Shown: positions 37,177 to 49,425 of the stretch, one piece after another
Layout: each line of letters starts with the position of its first letter
Numbering within the stretch: the stretch's first letter is position 1
Assembly (NCBI GenBank): GCA_030390025.1
Contig: CM059435.1
Coordinates: 98,456,001-98,520,000 of the forward strand
DNA: 64,000 nucleotides
Direction of reading: 5' to 3'
From: Squalus acanthias
Lineage: Eukaryota
Notes under the pieces: model-generated
Databases searched by the model: none
Seen by the model: the letters and a program-made list of their open reading frames with translations, nothing else
What the model was told of the DNA's origin: nothing
Translations under genes and position numbers: made by a program

Positions 37177-37374
37177 ATGAAGTATCATTGGCTATGCCAT
37201 CCTGTTCATTAGCTGAAGGAACTGACACCCGTGACCCTGCTTGTAAGCCAATGATACAGGTCTCCAATAATGAACCTATCCACTACGATTCAGTCAGCAG
37301 CACTGAGAAGGAGACTGTCTTGCTGGTGAACAGTTCGAAACAGCAATGTCCAGCTTTTGATTCTTTAGAAACTA
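37177..37374 (+). CDS. IRAK4: IRAK4 coding exon 3 (poorly conserved linker)
   Basis: AACAG| acceptor, open 198-nt phase 1-1 exon DEVSLAMPSCSLAEGTD…FDSLET, donor |GTAAGT; joins the flanking exons in frame. Confidence 0.82.
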
Positions 37375-38353
37375 GTAAGTCAATTAAAACAATTTTTGCA
37401 GTAATATGTGTGTGCATGGTAAATGAATAATAATGTGGCTAAAGATTGCAAAGTCAAGATTAATTGTCCTGCCAAAGAATTTGCAGAACTTGTAATGGGG
37501 TACTGAATCCCAAGAGTTGGTAAGATTATTCATTTCAAAATGGGATGTGTAATAGTATTATTTTTATCTTTCATCAAATTCACAAGCTAGCAAAATTTTT
37601 GTCCATTACATACCTACAGATACTAAGTAATCTGTGTCATAGTCAATGACTTGTAAAATTTTCTTTTGTATGAAATCAGTAACAAAAATCACTATGCTCA
37701 TCTCAGGAGTATTTCACCAGTCAGACATTTACCCACCTAATGTGCTACTCCATCCTACTCATTACCTGAATCAGAAACTTTCTGGCTTATTTCCTATTGG
37801 GGAAATTTCTCATCTTTGGCTATCTCCCACGGCAACTCCTGGAGTTAGAAAGTCAGTTGTATGAATTTCCCAATCTTACAGGATCATGAAATCCTGTCAC
37901 AGCAGCCCTTGGCTGAACATCTGGCTGCAGAATCTGAGGTAGATACAAAGGAGGGGGGGGGGGGGGAGGAGAATCTGAGGCACAAAATCCTAGCACTGGT
38001 AACATCAGTGAGTAGAAGGGAGAATCCTTTGATGCAAGCATGGAGGAGGAGGGGAACTGAAGAATTGGGCAGAATGGGGAGGCAAACATTGGAAGCTAAG
38101 AAAGCTTCACATCCTAATAATTGCGCTTTAATTGTATAGCTGAGAGGAAGAATCACTGAAACTTGGATTTTGGAGTCTGCCTGAGCAGAAACAAATAGGC
38201 TTGGCTGGATAGGTGGGATGAGATGAGGTATCTGAGACAGACACTTAAGGGTGAAAGGTGAAATTAGAGGCAAAGATTGGGGGTAGGAATGAGAGATGGA
38301 CAAATTTGATAAAATTTCAGAGATGTTGGAGTAAATGGGTTTGTCGGAAGCAT

Positions 38354-40090
38354 GGGCTGCAATTTAACTTACCTCGGCGGGCGATGTCGGTGGTGGGTCC
38401 CGACCCCGCTGCTGGCTCCATCCCGCTCTGTCAAATGACTTTCCGTTGATAGGGCTTGTTAAGCCCACCCAGTGCGTTTCCCGGGCCAATTAGAGGAAGA
38501 GGGTCTGGTGACATCATTTCATGACACATCATCAGCTGGTTTCCTTAAAGGGACCATGTCCAACTTTACTTTGACATTTGTGCTGTCTGTGTTCTACAGC
38601 ATCGAAGTGCTGCAAACACTGACAATCACTGCACAGAGGTGCAGGGCTGTACCCAGGTTCTCCCATGACTCCCTCCATATGCTTATTGAGGGAATCACAG
38701 CACGCAGGGAGGTTCTCTTCCCTTCCGATGGGCGGAAGACACCTCCCCCAGAGACCAACACAGCCTGGTTGCACATTGCAGAGGAGGTCACAAGCAGGGA
38801 TGTCATCAGGAGGACCTGGGTGGAGTGGCACAAACCTTTCAATTATCTCATTAGATCACTAAACGTTAGCACAAAGCCACACTTGCCTTCATCTTGGTGT
38901 GCCTCTCATCACATCCCCATCACTCTGCCTTCCCTACCCTACCCCTGCACATCCTTACTCACACCAACTTACCATGCACCGCCACCTATCCCAATCTCTC
39001 GATCTACATGATCACATCCCCATATCACTAGCCACCCCTCACACTCGCCTTCATCCTAGTGCAGTCATACCAACTAACAACACACAAGGGTAGCCACTTG
39101 GGTGTTTTATCCAATGTTCATGTAAAGTTTCTGTTAATGTGCTGTCAAACATTGAAACCTTTATTTTCAACACTTTGCGTTCTTGGACAGATTTGTGTGC
39201 ACCTTTGGAAGCGGCTTAGTGAGTTGCAGTGAATGGTGAGACATAACGTTACCCCCCGCAATGGCGATGAGTGTGAAAGGAATAGCTTGGGCATTGTAGG
39301 GATGCTTTATGGTGTTGCTGTGGGGTGGTGCCAACCTGGCACATCTTGTGGCAGCCAGGGTGTACAGCATCATGGTAAGTAAATCTGGCCATGGTGAGGC
39401 CATCCCTGGCCGCAATGTGGTCGGGTGCTGATGCCCTGTGTGCTGTGCAGCATCAGGTGATTGTGGAGAAGGTTGGTGTTGTTGTTGGTGCTGCTGGTGT
39501 GCCTGGTGTTGGGGCTGATCGTGGTCGGATTCTGAGGACCAAGGTGAGACAGTATAAAGGGCACCCATGTTGATTGAATAGATGGCAGGTGAAGTACAGA
39601 TGACAGAGAAGCATTCTGTCAATGGTGAGAAAGTTCTTCCAAAGAGGTGATACTGGATGTAGAGTGGAAAGTCTGCAGAATCTGTGCTGGAAATGGACTG
39701 AGAAACAACTGAGGAAAGTGAGGATCCGTCAGGTGGGAGCTTTTACTGTACATTTGAAGTTGTCAAATAATCAGCTGGAGCAATGGCCACTGAACTCCCG
39801 CCTCAGGTTGACAGCCGTGGTCCCTGAACAGCATGGTTCCATGGCCGTGAACTTAATATGAAAAGGTAAGTTAAAAAAAGCCTGTTAATGATCTGTCAAC
39901 AAGGCAATAATTAGATTAATTGGGTTCCCCGCCGCATCCTGTCGGGTCTGCTCAGCGCTGACAGACCCGACATTGGGAAAGGCGCCTGGCGGCAGGTTGA
40001 CAGCGGGGTCCCGACCCACTGTCAAAAAAAAATACTTTCCCACCGGACCTGCCACTGATCCCGTCCGCTGACCCCCCAGAAAATTCCCCC
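38354..40090. mobile_element. Internally deleted PIF/Harbinger transposon retaining Myb/SANT-like coding sequence
   Basis: ORF 38472-39011 has PRFSHDSLHMLIEGITARREVLFP…AWLHIAEEV…RRTW (Myb/SANT-like); 3-bp CAT direct repeats at 38351-38353 and 40091-40093; 17/19 inverted repeat at 38393-38411 and 40001-40019. Confidence 0.78.
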
Positions 40091-40827
40091 CATGGTTTGT
40101 AACAGACCTCTGTATTACTTTCTTTCTATTCTTTATGAATGAGATAGTGAGTCTGTTTGAGAGAGATATTTCAATCTGGTTCAATTTACATCAGCCACTC
40201 TTCTAGTTGATAGTGGGAAGAGTAACATTCCTTTTTAACAAGTATGAAGATGACAAAATCCTATAATGGATCTCAATCCCATATGAGTTTACTATGCACC
40301 AGATATTCTTGTTCACCAATCATGTATTGTCTTTCACCATTAGTCTCTTGTGAATTAAAATGCCGATCAGTTTAAATCTATCATTAGAGAATCCTTCTGT
40401 CCAGCCCATGGACAATCATTTTGAAACAGTAATTACCACAGATAAATTATGGGTACTACTGCTGAAATTCTGGCAGCAACACAGACAAAAAGATAGTGTT
40501 TTGCAACAATATTTAATGGCTCCAAACTAAAGTCATTTGAAAAACCTATGTAAATATTTCTTCAATTTGTCTGTTTATATCTAAGTTCTCCAATTGTGTG
40601 TAAGCAGTCATGCTCTTTGAATACTAAGTTGACTATTAAAATTATCATCATATACTTATAATATACAAAGCCTGATAACCTGTGGAAAATTAAAATGTGG
40701 TGAAATGAAGATAAAAACAAGGTACAGGGAAACAAAAGGATTTATTGGACTAAATTAGATTTTTTTAAGTTGGTAATATTTTATCATTTTGTTACTTTAC
40801 TGACATGTTTTGAAATTTGTGTTTCAG

Positions 40828-40988
40828 ATCTTCAGAGTTTCAGCTATTATGAATTGATGCAGAAGACTGGTAATTTTGATGATCGTCCAGTATCAGCTGG
40901 TGGCAGTAAGATTGGTGAGGGAGGCTTTGGAGTTGTCTACAGAGGCTACATAAGTAACAGAATGGTGGCTGTGAAAAAATTGTCAGCA
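40828..40988 (+). CDS. IRAK4: IRAK4 coding exon 4 (kinase Gly-rich loop, VAVKK)
   Basis: [39 protein letters not shown]…VAVKKLSA; 161 nt; TTTCAG| and |GTGAGT. Confidence 0.96.
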
Positions 40989-41199
40989 GTGAGTACTAAT
41001 TTATAGTGCATCATTTAACTGCAGGCACCTTTTCTTTTCTGTCATTACACATTTTAAGTTTGTATAGTATTATCCTCAACCTGCAGGTGAGTTAGGTTTA
41101 TGGCTGATCATTAATTCAAGCCGAATAATTTGTTAATCGTGCAAGAAATGCAATTGTAATGCAGTTAGGCCTATCTTCTAATGATGAGAAGGTGCCAGC

Positions 41200-41620
41200 T
41201 TGCCTCAACTGGCAATACTCTTACCTCTGAGTCAAAGTCATGATTTCAAATCCCACTCCCGAATTTAAGTACATAATCTCGGCCAGCACTTGAGGGAGTG
41301 CTGCATTGTCAGAAATGCCATCTTTTGGCTGAGACAGAGAAAGTGGGTACAACCCTAAAATTAGAGCTAGGCCATTCAGGAGTGAAACTAGGAAGCACTT
41401 TTCCACACAAAGGGTAGTGAAAATGTGTAATTCTCTCCCCCAAAAAGCTGTTGATGCTGGGTCAAATTAAATTTTCAAGACTGAGGTCGCCAGATTTTTA
41501 TTAGGTAAGTGTATCAAGGGATATGGATCAAAGTTGGGTGAGTGGAGTTGAGGTACAGATCAGCCATGATATAATTGAATGGCAGAACAGGGTTCAGGGG
41601 CTGAATGGCCCTGTTCTATG
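41200..41620 (+). mobile_element. SINE head (41200-41335) abutting a CR1 3' end (41350-41620)
   Basis: Similarity to the SINE at 44212 and the CR1 tail at 20445. Confidence 0.75.
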
Positions 41621-42234
41621 CAAAGAACAGTAGGAAGTTCTCCATCGTTGCCAACTGGTCATGTTTCACTTGAGAAAATAGTGTTTCTGGGCTCTGTTCG
41701 ATTCGTTCACTGCGGGGATGGAAAATTCACTTCTTTTGGAGCTTATTAAAACATCCCATAGAGCATTACAAGTCACATCTTCTGCACGTGCAAAAGGGAG
41801 AAGATGCCATGTATTATGGGGTGCATTCATTGGTCCCTGTTCCTCCCCCAACGCCCTCCCCGCATGATCGGTGGTTGGAAATATTGCAAGTTGTACCTAT
41901 TTCTAGAGTAATATGGCCCTTTAACCTGAATTAACAGATTCTCAGACTAGGCAGTTAAGTGGGAAGTGCAGCAGTGCTCACAAGATGTAATTTAGCTAAC
42001 GCTGCGGATTACCAGACTGTAATATTCCTTCCTTTTCATTCCTGTTTTCAGAATCCTCTATTTATATACATTTAATTACTTGGCCACAAGGTGCACAACA
42101 TATAATTTACAGGACCAATTTTAAACTGTGAGGCTTGGATTGTCTGTTGAAATGTAGTGCTACAACAACACATGGAACTACAGTATCTGAATTCAGGCCA
42201 TCTTTGCTTTACTTTCTATTGCAATATTTGTAAA

Positions 42235-42415
42235 CAACGACAACAACTTGCATTTATATAGCGCCTTTAACGTAGTAAAACGACCCAAGACGCTTCACAA
42301 AATTCGACACACGAGCCACATAAGGAGATTTTAAGACAGGTGGTCAAAGAGGTTGGAAGAGAATTCCAGAGCTTAGGGCCTAGGCAGCTGAAGGCACAGC
42401 TGCCAATGGTGGAGC
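42235..42415 (-). mobile_element. L2 3' tail fragment
   Basis: AACAACAACTTGCATTTATATAGCGCCTTTAACGTAGTAAAA…GAATTCCAGAGCTTAGGGCCTAGG, as at 44666-44900. Confidence 0.85.
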
Positions 42416-43509
42416 ACAACCCTCATTTCAACATTGCTGGCAGCTGTGGGGGTACCTGGGAGAGGAGTGGCCATGTCCACTACTGCATGATCATCAAAAA
42501 TAAAAGTCGTGCAGTCAAGGAGACGGAAAAAAAGTCAGTAACTTTTGCACACAGTTTAACGGATAAATGACACATGGGGAGCAATGGCTTCAATGTCTCT
42601 TACTATGTACCCAGGCAACTACAGTAATTTACACTGGATTCATGACATTGAATTACAAAAAGAAAGCCTTATAAAAAGGCAGGCAGGCCCACCTTAAGAC
42701 AGATGGTAGCAGTCCTTATCAAAGGAAAACAAAAGTAAATTAACAATCTTTTGCCTTTGATTTCTAACAAATAATAATGGTGCTATGTCCCTTTGATGTT
42801 CAGGTTAATTAAAATGCTGGCATTAATATTGAAATTTATTAAATCCTAGTGGAGAGATTCAGTGCTGAAAATAAAAGTGAGTTTTAATTTAAAGATGAAA
42901 GCCTTCTGCCTAAGTAAAACGTTTGTAACAATGTATATAAACTCTCCTGGGTTATTTGATTCTAAACTTACCCAACCCATGGATTAACTTAATGTTTACA
43001 GAACAGAGTTTGTTCAGTGGCATTTTTCTCTTATCACAGCAAAGCATATTTTATTTTGCCTGTTTATTTGTTTCACCTCAGACCTACCCATTGTAGATTG
43101 TGTGTAGTTTTCTAATTTAACTAATTTAAGTCCCATGGCATTGCTCGTGCATCAAAAGACAGGACTCGGCACACATGTGAAAGGTGGTAAAGATGCACAG
43201 AATTTCAACAGCTGGGCAAAAAATCAAATGTGCAGGGCAAAGAGAAATCACAGCAAAAGAACAGGAAAAGAATCACAGTAGACTTCAAAATGCAAGAAAA
43301 TGCACCAAAAAAGTGTTTTTAAAAAACCTAAATTTCCAGAGGGGGGGTATGCCTCCCTAAAATATATATATATTTTTAACTATCAGAGCTCATTTTTGCT
43401 GTTCAAAAATTTCTAAATCCACAATGCCAGTGTTCTTCCATTTTGTGCATCATGTGCATTTCCAATAGGACCGGATGAAGGGAAGAAGGAAGGCTGACTG
43501 ACCAACTGA

Positions 43510-43800
43510 CTTACTTGCATTTATACATCACCTTTCACAACCTCAGGGCGAGTACTTTTGAAGTGTAGTCACTGTTGTAATGTAGGAAATGTGGCAGCCA
43601 ATTTGTGCACAGCAAGGTCCCACAAACAGCAATGTGATAATGACCAGATAATCTGTTTTCGTGATGTTGGTTAAGAGATAAATATTGCCAGGACACCGGA
43701 GATAACTCCCTGTTCTTCTTTGGCATAGTGGCATTGGATCTTTTATGTCCACCTGAGAGGGCAGATGGGGCCTCGGTTTAATGTCTCATCTGAAAGACGC
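43510..43800 (-). mobile_element. Deu-domain SINE, 3' part
   Basis: Reverse complement of the 30920-31238 segment. Confidence 0.85.
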
Positions 43801-44211
43801 AAAAGTAACATCATTATGTCCTTCACATTTTTTTCAGGCATTATGCTACTTTCTGATTTTGTGCGTATGAATTGGGTGTTGATGGTTGCTGAGTGGCCCT
43901 TGAACTTAAAAAGTTAAAGGAACAGCCAGTAACTTACAGCTGCAATCTAAATTTAGTTTCTTCTTTGGTGGATAAGTTTTTATTTAATTTTGTTTTCTTC
44001 AGCTCAATTGTGTGGCTCAACTTGGGATTAGTCATTGTTACTTGCACGGTGTCCCTTCACACAATGGCTGTCCCTGTGGGAATCCCTCATTATACGTGTT
44101 ACTTGGAGGAAGAGGATGAAAAGGAATGCATGGGTGCAAGGAAAGTCAACTTACATTACAGGAGGAGAGGTCCTTCCCATCATTACCCTTCTATCTTCAT
44201 CTATTGGTGTT

Positions 44212-44665
44212 AGCCTTGATTTAGCAGTAGCACTCTCACCTCGAGTCAGAAGGTTGTGGGTTCAAGTCCCACTCCAGAGACTTGAGCACAAAAATCTAGG
44301 CCGACACTCCAGTGCAGTGCTGAGGGAGTGTTGCACTGTCGGAAGTGCCGTCTTTCGGATGAGATTTTAAACCGAGGCCACGTCTGCCCTCAGGTGGATG
44401 TAAAAGATCCCATGCCACTATTTCAAAGAAGAGCAGAGGAGCTCCCCCGGGTGTCCTGGACAATATTTATCCCTGAACCAATGCCACTAAAAAAAACAGA
44501 TTATGTTTTATCTCATTGCCGTTTGTGAGACGTTGCTGTGCGCAAACTGGCTGCCATGATTCCTGCATTACACAGTGACTACACTTCAAAAGTACTTCAT
44601 TGGCTGTAAAGCACTTTGGGATGCCGAGGTCGTGAAAGGCGCTATAGAAATGCAAGTCTTTCTTT
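44212..44665 (+). mobile_element. Deu-domain (SacSINE1-like) SINE, full length
   Basis: Head with GGTTCAAGTCCC B-box, Deu-like core, tail GAAAGGCGCTATAGAAATGCAAGTCTTTCTTT. Confidence 0.9.
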
Positions 44666-46399
44666 AACAACAATTTGTATTTATATAGCACCTTTAACGT
44701 AGTAAAATGTCCCAAGGCACTGCACAGGAGTATTTTAAGACAAAAAATTTGACACGAGGCCACATAAGGATAAATTAGGGCAGGTGACCAAAAGCTTGGT
44801 CAAAGAGGTAGGTTTTAAGGAGCGTCTTAAAAGGAGGAAAGAGAGGTAGCGAGGCGGAGAGGTTTAGGCAGGGAATTCCAGAGCTTAGGGCCTAGGCAAC
44901 AGAAGGCACGGCCACCAAAGGTTGAGCGATTATAATCAGGGATGTTAAGAGGGCAGAATTGGAGGAGCGCAGATATCTCGGGGGGGTTGTGGGGCTGAAG
45001 GAGATTACAGAGATAGGAAGGGGCGAGGCCATGGAGGAATTTGAAAACAAGAATGAGAATTTTAAAAACGAGGCGTTGCTTAACCGGGAGCCAATGTAGG
45101 TCAGCAAACACAGGGGAGATGGGTGAACGAGGCTTGGTGCGAGTTAGGACACGGGCAGCCGAGTTTTGGATGGCCTCAAGTTTACGTAGGGTGGAATGTG
45201 GGAGGCCAGCCAGGAGTGCGTTGGAATAGTCAAGTCCAGAGGTAACAAAGGCATGGATGAGGGTTTCAGCAGCGGATGAGGTGAGGCAAGAGCGGAGACG
45301 GGTGATGTTACGGAGGTGGAAGTAGGCGGTCTTTGTTATGTTGCGGATATGTGGTCGGAAGCTCATTTCAGCGTCAAATATGACACCAAGGTTGCGAACA
45401 GTGTGGTTCAGCCTCAGACAGATGTTAGGGAGAGGGATGGAGTCAGTGGCTCGGGAACTAAGTTTGTGGCGGGGACCGAAAACAATGGCTTCGGTCTTCC
45501 CGATATTTAACTGGAGAAAATTTTTGCTCATCCAGAACTATATGTCGGACAAGCAGTCTGACAATTTAGACACCGTGGAGGGGTCGAGAGAAGAGGTAGT
45601 GAGGTAGAGCTGGGTGTCGTCAGCATACATGTGGAAACTGACTCTGTGTTTTCGGATGATGTCGCCAAGGGGCAACATGTAGATGAGAAATAGGAAGGGG
45701 CCAAGGATAGATCCTGGGGGACACCAGAGGTAACGATGTGGGAGCAGAAGAGAAGCCGTTGCAGGTGATTCTCTGGTTACGATTAGATAGATAAGAATGG
45801 AACCAGGCGAGTGCAGTCCCACCCAGCTGGACGACGGTGGAGAGGCTTTGGAGAAGGATGGAGTGGTCAACCGTGTCAAAGGCTGCAGACAAGTCAAGAA
45901 GAACGAGGAGGGATAGTTTACCTTTGTCACAGTCAGAAAGGATGTCATTTGTGACTTTGATGAGAGCCGTTTCGGTACTGTGGCAAGGGCGGAAACCTGA
46001 TTGGAGGGATTCAAACATGGAATTGCGGGAAAGATGGGCACAGATTTGGGGGGCGACAACACGTTCAAGGACTTGAGAGGAAAGGGAGGTTGGAGATGGG
46101 GCAGTAGTTTGCAAGGACAGAGATCAAGGGTTGTTTTTTTGAGAGGGGTGATGACAGCAGATTTGAGGGAGAGGGGGACAGTACCTGAGGAGAGAGAACC
46201 GTTAACAATATCAGCTAACATGGGAGCCAGAAAAGGAAGTTGGGTGGTCAGCAGTTTGGTGGGAATAGTGTTGAGGGAGCAGGAGGTGGGTCTCATGGAC
46301 AAGATGAGCGCAGAGAGGTCATGAGGGGAGATCGGAGAGAAACTGGAGAAAGATGTGAGTTCAGGGCTAGGGCAGGGGGGAACCTTAGAGGAAGTTTGG
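44666..46399 (-). mobile_element. L2-clade LINE, 5'-truncated, RT region plus 3' UTR
   Basis: QSGFRPCHSTETAL, LLDLSAAFDTVDH, HMYADDTQLY, FLQLNIGKTE, LHWLPVKQR; frameshifts. Confidence 0.95.
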
Positions 46400-46786
46400 C
46401 CCTCCTCGTCCTTCTTGACTTGTCTGCAGCCTTTGACACGGTTGACCATTCCATCCTTCTCCAACACCTCTCTCATAACTCTCAAATGATAATCCATCAC
46501 TTAGGAGAGCACAAGTGGTAAATCAAAAAATGTATTATCAAATGGTATAGGGGCACATAATTGTCAAATAACAGGCATGACTGAGTTATGCTGTTTATTG
46601 TAAAGGGCAGTTTAATTTTCTAACCAGCACTGTCCATTTGATACTATGTGCATTTTTCTTTTGCTTAGACATTCTTTGGGTTGTAGTATTTCTGAAAATC
46701 AGTGCTGGAACAGAGATGGCATGTACAATTCAAGCACTGATTATAAAACTCAGCATTTTAACTATTTTACTTTTTTTTTTATATAG

Positions 46787-46857
46787 GCACATCAGCAAAG
46801 TGTCAGTACTGAAGAGCTGAAACTTCAGTTCATTCAAGAAATTAAAACTTTGGCAAA
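46787..46857 (+). CDS. IRAK4: IRAK4 coding exon 5 (helix C)
   Basis: AHQQSVSTEELKLQFIQEIKTLAK; poly-T acceptor TATAG|, donor AA|GTATGT. Confidence 0.92.
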
Positions 46858-46960
46858 GTATGTATAGTTTTTAGAAATAGTTGCTAATGTTTAGCTTAAT
46901 CAACCATTCTGGATGTATACTGTTTAATCTAATGGTAACCGTAGTGCGATACATTTATAG

Positions 46961-47075
46961 ATGTCAGCATGAAAACCTGGTTGAGTTACTTGGTTTTTCC
47001 AATGATTGGGAACATCCCTGCCTGGTATATGCCTACATGCCTAATGGGTCATTGCTGGACAGATTAGCCTGCCTG
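46961..47075 (+). CDS. IRAK4: IRAK4 coding exon 6 (tyrosine gatekeeper)
   Basis: [38 protein letters not shown]; 115 nt. Confidence 0.96.
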
Positions 47076-47209
47076 GTAAGTACAATTGTGCTCTGTAAAA
47101 GTCAACATATGGTTATCTTTACTTAAGAAGCTTTTTTTTGTAAATAATAGAACACTCTACTATAATATTCACTTCAGCAATAAATTGGTTAATTCTGAAA
47201 CCTTTTCAG

Positions 47210-47319
47210 GATAGCACAGCTCCACTTTCTTGGAATACAAGATGCAGTATCGCTCAGGGTACAGCCAATGGCTTAAAATACTTGCATGAAAATAATCATA
47301 TCCATCGTGATGTTAAAAG
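47210..47319 (+). CDS. IRAK4: IRAK4 coding exon 7 (HRD catalytic loop)
   Basis: [37 protein letters not shown]; 110 nt. Confidence 0.96.
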
Positions 47320-48285
47320 GTAAAGAACACCTTGAATGTTTCTATTGTTTCCTTGCACTTTATATTTTGTATTCAGGATACTTACTTGTCATTTATATAA
47401 TGGTGTCTAAAAAAAAAACTACTAGTCAAACTGCTGAAGAAACTATTGGTTATTAGAACCTTCCCACCACAACAGACTCTTTCACTGATCTGGTTGAAGC
47501 TCCATTAAAAGTTGAGAAAAAAATCTGTTTTAACTAATATTCAATTATTAACAAATTTCCACCATTTGCAATTACTTTAGTCCTATTATAACACTACAGA
47601 GGTAGAGGTTGGTTAACCACACATAGAAAGTGGTTAGACATGTATAGGAATTTTAAGCAAAAAGATTGAGTAAAACAGCTATAACCTATTAAGAGATAAA
47701 GTTGGAAAAGGATGTTAGATCCAAATAAGTGAACCCCAACAGGGGTGATATACTAGATAGAGCATTAGAATAAAAACTAAAGAATCTAGGTTTAAATCAG
47801 TCTTTACTGACCTTCATACTCAGACTTCTTTCCAGATGATGAGTCTTGCCCGTCTTAATCGGTTATCTATGGTAGGGAAGGAAGTGTGGCTGGAAGTATT
47901 TTTTCCTATACCACTTGAGAATGTCTGTTGGCATCTGTGGAGGTGTCCTCCTCCATAAGGAGGATAGTGTGGATGCAAGAAGGGAAAAAAAGTTCAAGAA
48001 AATGAATGGTAAGAAATATTTTGCTGGTATCCTCAGGGTGTAATAAAGCTTTCTGTGGCTGTTCCCCTCCCCCCTCCCCCCCCACTTTATGCTATGTGTC
48101 ATTCCCTAGTCAAGAGCAGGAAAGCAACTTTCTCTCAGGTATACCGCTGTAGTACTCTAACAGATGCTGCGAGGTGCAGGAGAGGAAAGTGGCATAGCTC
48201 TACTGTTAATGTTTCCCTCACCGTGGAGAAGTCCTTAACATACACTGTGACTTCTGAGTTGAGCTTGTTACTCAGTGCTGTATTC

Positions 48286-49425
48286 GATCTTCCTGGCTGC
48301 AATGCTCCATCTCACCCTCAGTAAGCTCCCCGCTGGAGTAGAGCTAATCTACAGAACAAACGGGAAACCGTTCAACCTCAGTCGCCTCCAGTCCAGATCC
48401 AAGGTCGTCCCATCCTCTGTCATCGAATTACAGTATGCAGATGACACTTGCGTCTGCACACACTCTGAGGCCGAACTCCAAACCATCGTCAATACCTTCA
48501 CCGAAGCGTACGAGAGCATGGGCCTTACACTAAACATCCGTAAGACAAAGGTCCTCTACCAGCCTGCCCCCGCCACACAGTACTGCTCCCCGATTATCAA
48601 AATCCATGACGAGGCCTTGGACAACGTGGACCACTTTCCATACCTCAGGAGCCTACTGTCAACAAGGGCAGATGTCGATGACGAAGTCCAACACCGCCTT
48701 CAGTGTGCCAGTGCAGCCTTCGGTCACCTGAGGAAGAGAGTGTTTGAAGACCAGGACCTCAAACCCAGCACCAAACTCATGGTCTACAGAGCAGTAGTGA
48801 TACCCGCCCTCCTGTATGCTTCAGAGACATGGACCATGTACAGCAGGCACCTCAAAGCACTGGAGAGGTACCACCAATGCTGCCGCCGCAAGATCCTGCA
48901 AATCCATTGGCAGGATAGGTGCACCAACGTCAGTGTTCTCGCTCAGGCCAACATCCCCAGCATCGAAGCTTTGACCATGCTCGATCAGCTCCATTGGACG
49001 GGCCACATCGTCCGCATGCCCAATACGAGACTCCCAAAACAAGCGCTCTACTTGGAGCTCTGACATGCCAAGAGAGGCCCAGGAGGGCAGAGGAAACACT
49101 TCAAGGACACCCTCAAAGCCTCCTTGAAAAAGTGCAACATTCCCACTGACACCTGGGAATCCCTGGCCCAAGACCGCAGAAGTGGAGGAGAAGCATCCGG
49201 GAAGGCGCCGAACACCTGGAGTCTCTTCGCCAGGAGCAAGCAGAAGCCAAGCGGAAGGAGCGCACGTCAACCCAAGCACCCCACCCACCCGCCCCTTCAA
49301 CCACCATCTGCCCCACCTGTGACAGAGACTGTAGGTCCCGCATTGGACTCATCAGTCACCTGAGAACTTATTTTTAGTGTGGAAGCAAGTCATCTTCGGT
49401 TCCGAGGGACTGCCTAAGAGAGAAG
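48286..49425 (+). mobile_element. 5'-truncated RTE-clade LINE with 16-bp TSD
   Basis: QYADD, GLTLNIRKTKVLYQPAP, PALLYASETW, C-terminal CPTCDRDCRSRIGLISHLRT zinc finger; TSD ACTCAGTGCTGTATTC at 48270-48285 and 49426-49441. Confidence 0.93.

Noticed and set aside
44212-44280. tRNA-like sequences (also at 30785, 41200 and 57480)
   Set aside because: These are SINE heads continuous with SINE bodies, not tRNA genes.
47830-48230. Unexplained block with RLRRARLIIWKR on the minus strand (a similar block lies at 26100-26760)
   Set aside because: Probably ancient L1/Tx1 debris, but too degraded to call.
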